From: Hormiphora californensis
Lineage: Eukaryota > Animalia > Ctenophora
Direction of reading: 5' to 3'
Length of the DNA: 64,000 nucleotides
Assembly: GCA_020137815.1 (NCBI GenBank)
Contig: CM035361.1
Span: forward strand, 5,828,001 to 5,892,000
In this document: positions 59,442 through 64,000 of the stretch, one piece after another
Layout of the letters: each line of letters starts with the position of its first letter
Numbering within the stretch: position 1 is the first letter of the stretch
Made by a program: the position numbers and the translations under genes
The notes under the pieces: model-generated
Database searches by the model: none
The model's input: only the letters and a program-made list of their open reading frames with translations
Told to the model about the DNA's origin: nothing

Positions 59442-60339
59442 GAAGTAGAGAGAGAGAGAGAGAGAGAGATGCTGTAAGAGAGAGAGGAGCTGAGAGATGA
59501 GAGAGAGGAGAGGAGAGTAGAGAGCCTTAGAGACTAGAGAGAGGAAGAGAGAGAAGGATAGAAAGAGAGAGAGAGAGAGAGAGAAGAGAGAGAGAAGGAG
59601 AGAGAAACAAAGATAGACAATGAGTGTCAGAGATGTGTCTTAGCCGCAAATAGCCATCACTCAGCTGTAACATCTGTCCTCTATAAACGTGATTATCACT
59701 CGACCTATATCTCCAAGATCTCCTTGCGTCACTACCCACTATCTTTCTCTAGATCTCGGCACTTATATCTCTCTCTATCACTCTATCTCTGTACTCTAAC
59801 ACCCTCTATCTATCTTCCCCGTTCGTTACAAATCCTTGCACCACCCTTCATTACATACGTGTGTCTAGCGATCGGTTTGGTCGTGTAACGATGACACTTG
59901 CATCAGTGATTTGGATCGGTTAAGCGGTAAAATTGGAGAGAGAAGGGAGAGAGAGAGATAGGAGTGAGAAAGAAGGAAGAGGGAGAGAGAGGGGGGAGAG
60001 AGAGGGAGAGAGAGGGAGACATCTACAGAAAATCATGCCACGATATGAGAGTGATATGCAAAAGACAGCATTTTGGTCCAGAATTCAGAAAGATGGATTT
60101 ATATGAATGACGATTTGAATGGTGATATGAAACTACATCGTCGTTCGACTAAATATCGATAAACCACATTGGTGCACTTGATAATACCAATTAACACAGG
60201 CCACAGAAGGCCACAGATATATTCGAAGAAAAAACAGTCGAACTAGGGAAGGGCGGTGTAGGACGGAAGGTGGAAACGTACACGTTTTTTATTAGCCACA
60301 GGTCAAAGAATGACCACAGAGAGAGAGGAGAGAGAGAGG

Positions 60340-60399
<60 letters not shown>

Positions 60400-61235
60400 G
60401 AGAGAGAGAGAAATAGAGAGAGAGAGAGAGAGAGAGAGAAAGGGATGAAAAGAGAGACTGGTATAAGGGAGAAGAAAGAAAGGAAAAGATACAGACCTGA
60501 ACATGTCTGACACATAAGGATGACACAATTCAGCTACACGGAATGAGGAGAAAGGAAAATTTAAACGTAAGATATATTTAAACATTAAAGTTAGACCCTA
60601 AAGTTAAATTTAAGTTATCTTAATTATAAAGTTGCTTTGAAAATCGAAACTTCTCACCTACTGACTACATTGAAATTGATTTCAAGATTTAAAAGAAGAT
60701 ATTGGATGATTTGCATGGTAAAAGTATTAGCAGCATTGTGTCATGTAACACTCCCCAACAGAGAAAAACTGGGAAGACAACTACGATAGAAATAAAGACA
60801 GCGATACGATAGAAATAAAGACATTGTAGCAGTCGTAGCTGAAATGATTTATGTCACAGGTGACGTACAAGGTGCGTGGTAAAGATTTTTTAAACAAATA
60901 ACCAAATCAATTCGTCCTAATTTTAATTGGATGCAAGTATATAGATGTCCGAATCTCAGCTTGTAGCTGTAATTAAGAAGCTGAAGCTCCTAAAATATCC
61001 CCTGACCAATCTATCTTTCTATCTTTCTATCTTTCTATCTATCTATCTATCTTAGCTAATGAAGATAGTAAATATAAAAAACACGGCAGAATTCATCCAA
61101 CAAATCAACATTACGGCGGATCATAGCTCAACAATTCCTAGAAAAAGGAGTCGTGATTTTAATCGATCAATTACTTCACAGGGATAATTATACGTCATTG
61201 GATAGTGGCTTAAGTAAGTTACATGAACAAGATTT

Positions 61236-61516
61236 TTATAACGTTGAATATATCTGAAGGGGTTATGAAAAATGTATTAACACTTACCTCTTGTGTGACC
61301 CCTGAAAAAAGCGTACAGTTATTCACACTTACCATAATACTCGGATGTCCCCGACAAACAGGAGCTCGCAGCGGAGCTCCTCTGCCCATCTCCACCTCCT
61401 GGTGTTGCTCCAGGGCTGGTGAGGACGTTAGTTGCAGTGACAAAAGTGGATCCGGAGGATACGGAGGATAGTTGGCGGGTGAGGGATGTGGTGTTAGAGA
61501 CAACTCCATTGAACAT
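61236..61516 (-). CDS. Last three coding exons of an unknown Ser/Thr-rich protein ending ...SEYYG-VTQE-IYSTL*
   Basis: Exons ~61516-61333, 61301-61288 and 61253-61236, with gtaagt donors, ttcag acceptors and consistent phases (1, 0). Confidence 0.55.
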
Positions 61517-62530
61517 GGTTTAGAGTCATTTCAGAGGTATCCTAGATGTGGTTTAGAGTCATTTCAGAGATATATATCCTAGATGTGGTTTAGAGTCATT
61601 TCAGAGATATCCTAGATGTGATTTAGAGTCATTTCAGAGATATCCTAGATGTGATTTAGAGTCATTTCAGAGATATCCTAGATGTGATTTAGAGTCATTT
61701 CAGAGATATCCTAGATGTGGTTTAGAGTCATTTCAGAGATATCCTAGATATGGTTTAGAGTCATTTCAGAGATATGTGTATCCTAGATGTGATTTAGAGT
61801 CATTTCAGAGATATCCTAGATGTGGTTTAGAGTCATTTCAGAGATATCCTAGATGTGGTTTAGAGTCATTTCAGAGATATCCTAGATGTGATTTAGAGTC
61901 ATTTCAGAGATATCCTAGATGTGGTTTAGAGTCATTTCAGAGATATGTGTATCCTAGATGTGGTTTAGAGTCATTTCAGAGATATCCTAGATGTGATTTA
62001 GAGTCATTTCAGAGATATCCTAGATGTGATTTAGAGTCATTTCAGAGATATCCTAGATGTGATTTAGAGTCATTTCAGAGATATCCTAGATGTGGTTTAG
62101 AGTCATTTCAGAGATATCCTAGATGTGATTTAGAGTCATTTCAGAGATATCCTAGATGTGGATTTAGAGTCATTTCAGAGATATCCTAGATGTGGTTTAG
62201 AGTCATTTCAGAGATATCCTAGATGTGGTTTAGAGTCATTTCAGAGATATCCTAGATGTGATTTAGAGTCATTTCAGAGATATGTGTATCCTAGATGTGG
62301 TTTAGAGTCATTTCAGAGATATCCTAGATGTGATTTAGAGTCATTTCAGAGATATCCTAGATGTGGTTTAGAGTCATTTCAGAGATATCCTAGATGTGGT
62401 TTAGAGTCATTTCAGAGATATCCTAGATGTGATTTAGAGTCATTTCAGAGATATCCTAGATGTGGTTTAGAGTCATTTCAGAGATATCCTAGATGTGGTT
62501 TAGAGTCATTTCAGAGATATATGTATCCTA
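61515..62530. repeat. 33-bp minisatellite (~30 copies)
   Basis: Unit tagatgtggtttagagtcatttcagagatatcc; it produces the spurious YPRCGLESFQR ORFs. Confidence 0.95.
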
Positions 62531-62825
62531 TATTTCAGATATATTGTTTTAGAGATATTACTAGTCACGTGACCTAAATAACGAGCTCTGATTGGTTGTT
62601 TTCTTGTGTCCTGGAGATATGTATAGTCTTGAGACTCTCTTTAGGACCACACCTACAACAAGAAGTGCGGATAGAAAAGCTGGACAGATTCAAGATCAAT
62701 TCAGAGTTTTATAAAATTGCTGCAGCAATATTTAGAACTATCGGAAAGGCAGGTAGCACGGTGACGATATCCTTTCATTTCAGCAGTACCGCATCGACCG
62801 TAAAGTGTGTAAATGTAGACGAGGT

Positions 62826-62930
<105 letters not shown>

Positions 62931-62972
62931 TGAGAGAGAAGAGAGAGAGAGAGAAGAGAGAGAGGAGAGATC

Positions 62973-63050
<78 letters not shown>

Positions 63051-63184
63051 GATTAAACGCAGTGAAAGAGGAATATCAAGATAGATCGGCAGGCACAAAC
63101 GCGTGTTCACATACATACAGACAATCGTCATCTGGTCAAATGGTGCACTTTCGAAAAAGGCATTAACTCTTCCGCTCAACGGCA

Positions 63185-63231
<47 letters not shown>

Positions 63232-64000
63232 GAGAGAGAGATAGAAAGAAAGAGAAGGAGAGAAACATAGATTTGTGTGTATCACACACTATCACACTAA
63301 TCTATGACACTAACTGAAGACTATCTCTCTCTGCCAATCCCCACTGTCCTTCTTCGTTAAGTTCAGGGACAGTGACGCTGACGTCTATCTTTTCTTAATT
63401 TAAAACGATCTCTCTATCTTTCACCCCTCTCTTTCTTTCTCTCTCTCTTATCTAAGATTCTAGGCTATAGTGACGCTCCCGTGCCATATCAAAAATATAT
63501 TGATCCAGAAAATATTCTTTCTTCAGAGTGTGAATTATGGTGCAGATAGTAAACGTGATTCAGAGTTAAAGATACAGCTAGGAATTATCCACATCGACCT
63601 TTCATTCAGGCTTTGTATAATTTTAAGAAAATTTTGTTCAATTTTAAGAAATTTTTGTTTAATTTTAACCAACTTTGACAATTACAACACAACCAGACAA
63701 AACAAGTGATAATGTAATAGAAATCATCATTTAAAAACAGATAACTAATGATCAAGGATGAATGATATGAGTCTACGTTGTAATATTGCTTTTTACCAAC
63801 TAGGATCAGTTTAAGAACAACAACAAATAAATGAAAATTAAAAAGATAAACAACGATACCAAATCAATAAGTTGAGAAGCTTTCGAAACATTGTGTTTCT
63901 CTTCTTCAGATTAATGAATTAATGAATTAATAATTGATACCTGCTAGGGGGTTAATTAATAATTGATATTTAAGTTACCTGCTAGGGGGTTAAGTTCACC

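Noticed and set aside
61776-62577. YPRCGLESFQR repeat ORFs (neuropeptide-precursor-like)
   Set aside because: Products of a 33-bp minisatellite; no signal peptide or dibasic sites, and the frame is broken by indel units.

Overview
Eukaryotic (animal) genomic DNA: AT-rich, repeat-dense, with GT-AG introns. It is probably a ctenophore (Pleurobrachia-like); this is an inference from the repeat and domain content. Genes supported by splice sites and reading frame: (i) + strand extracellular-module exons (two homologues of a ~140-aa beta-rich domain at 480-899 and 8795-9330, disabled TSP1-like Cys exons at 19.4-20.9 kb, a Sushi/CCP exon at 22643-22825); (ii) a - strand PH-domain/coiled-coil gene (24166-27675); (iii) the 3' part of a CDKL-type kinase (- strand, 40242-43916); (iv) a two-exon Shaker/Kv1-type K+ channel (+, 45888-50596); (v) a C-type lectin-Sushi-C-type lectin gene (-, ~53.9-57.6 kb); (vi) the tail of an unknown - strand gene with 31-35-nt introns (61.2-64 kb). 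The remainder is nested mobile DNA: Helentron/HINE-like elements, pogo-like MITEs, Merlin-, Chapaev-, Kolobok- and hAT-like non-autonomous elements (several are giant hairpins or carry satellites), an L2/CR1-group LINE, and many mini/microsatellites. The most notable observations are: minisatellites whose unit is a splice signal (about 33 copies of the CDKL exon/5'-splice junction, plus branch-point and acceptor-like arrays elsewhere); an AUG-less LINE ORF2 overlapping ORF1 in the -1 frame behind an A_AAA_AAC slippery site; a Kv channel with a separately encoded Shaker-like inactivation ball and a non-PVP S6 gate; and a 109-bp MITE carrying a CCAAT/E-box promoter module. Some stretches (~32.3-37.8 kb, 57.2-58.3 kb) look indel-noisy, so frameshifts there may be consensus errors.
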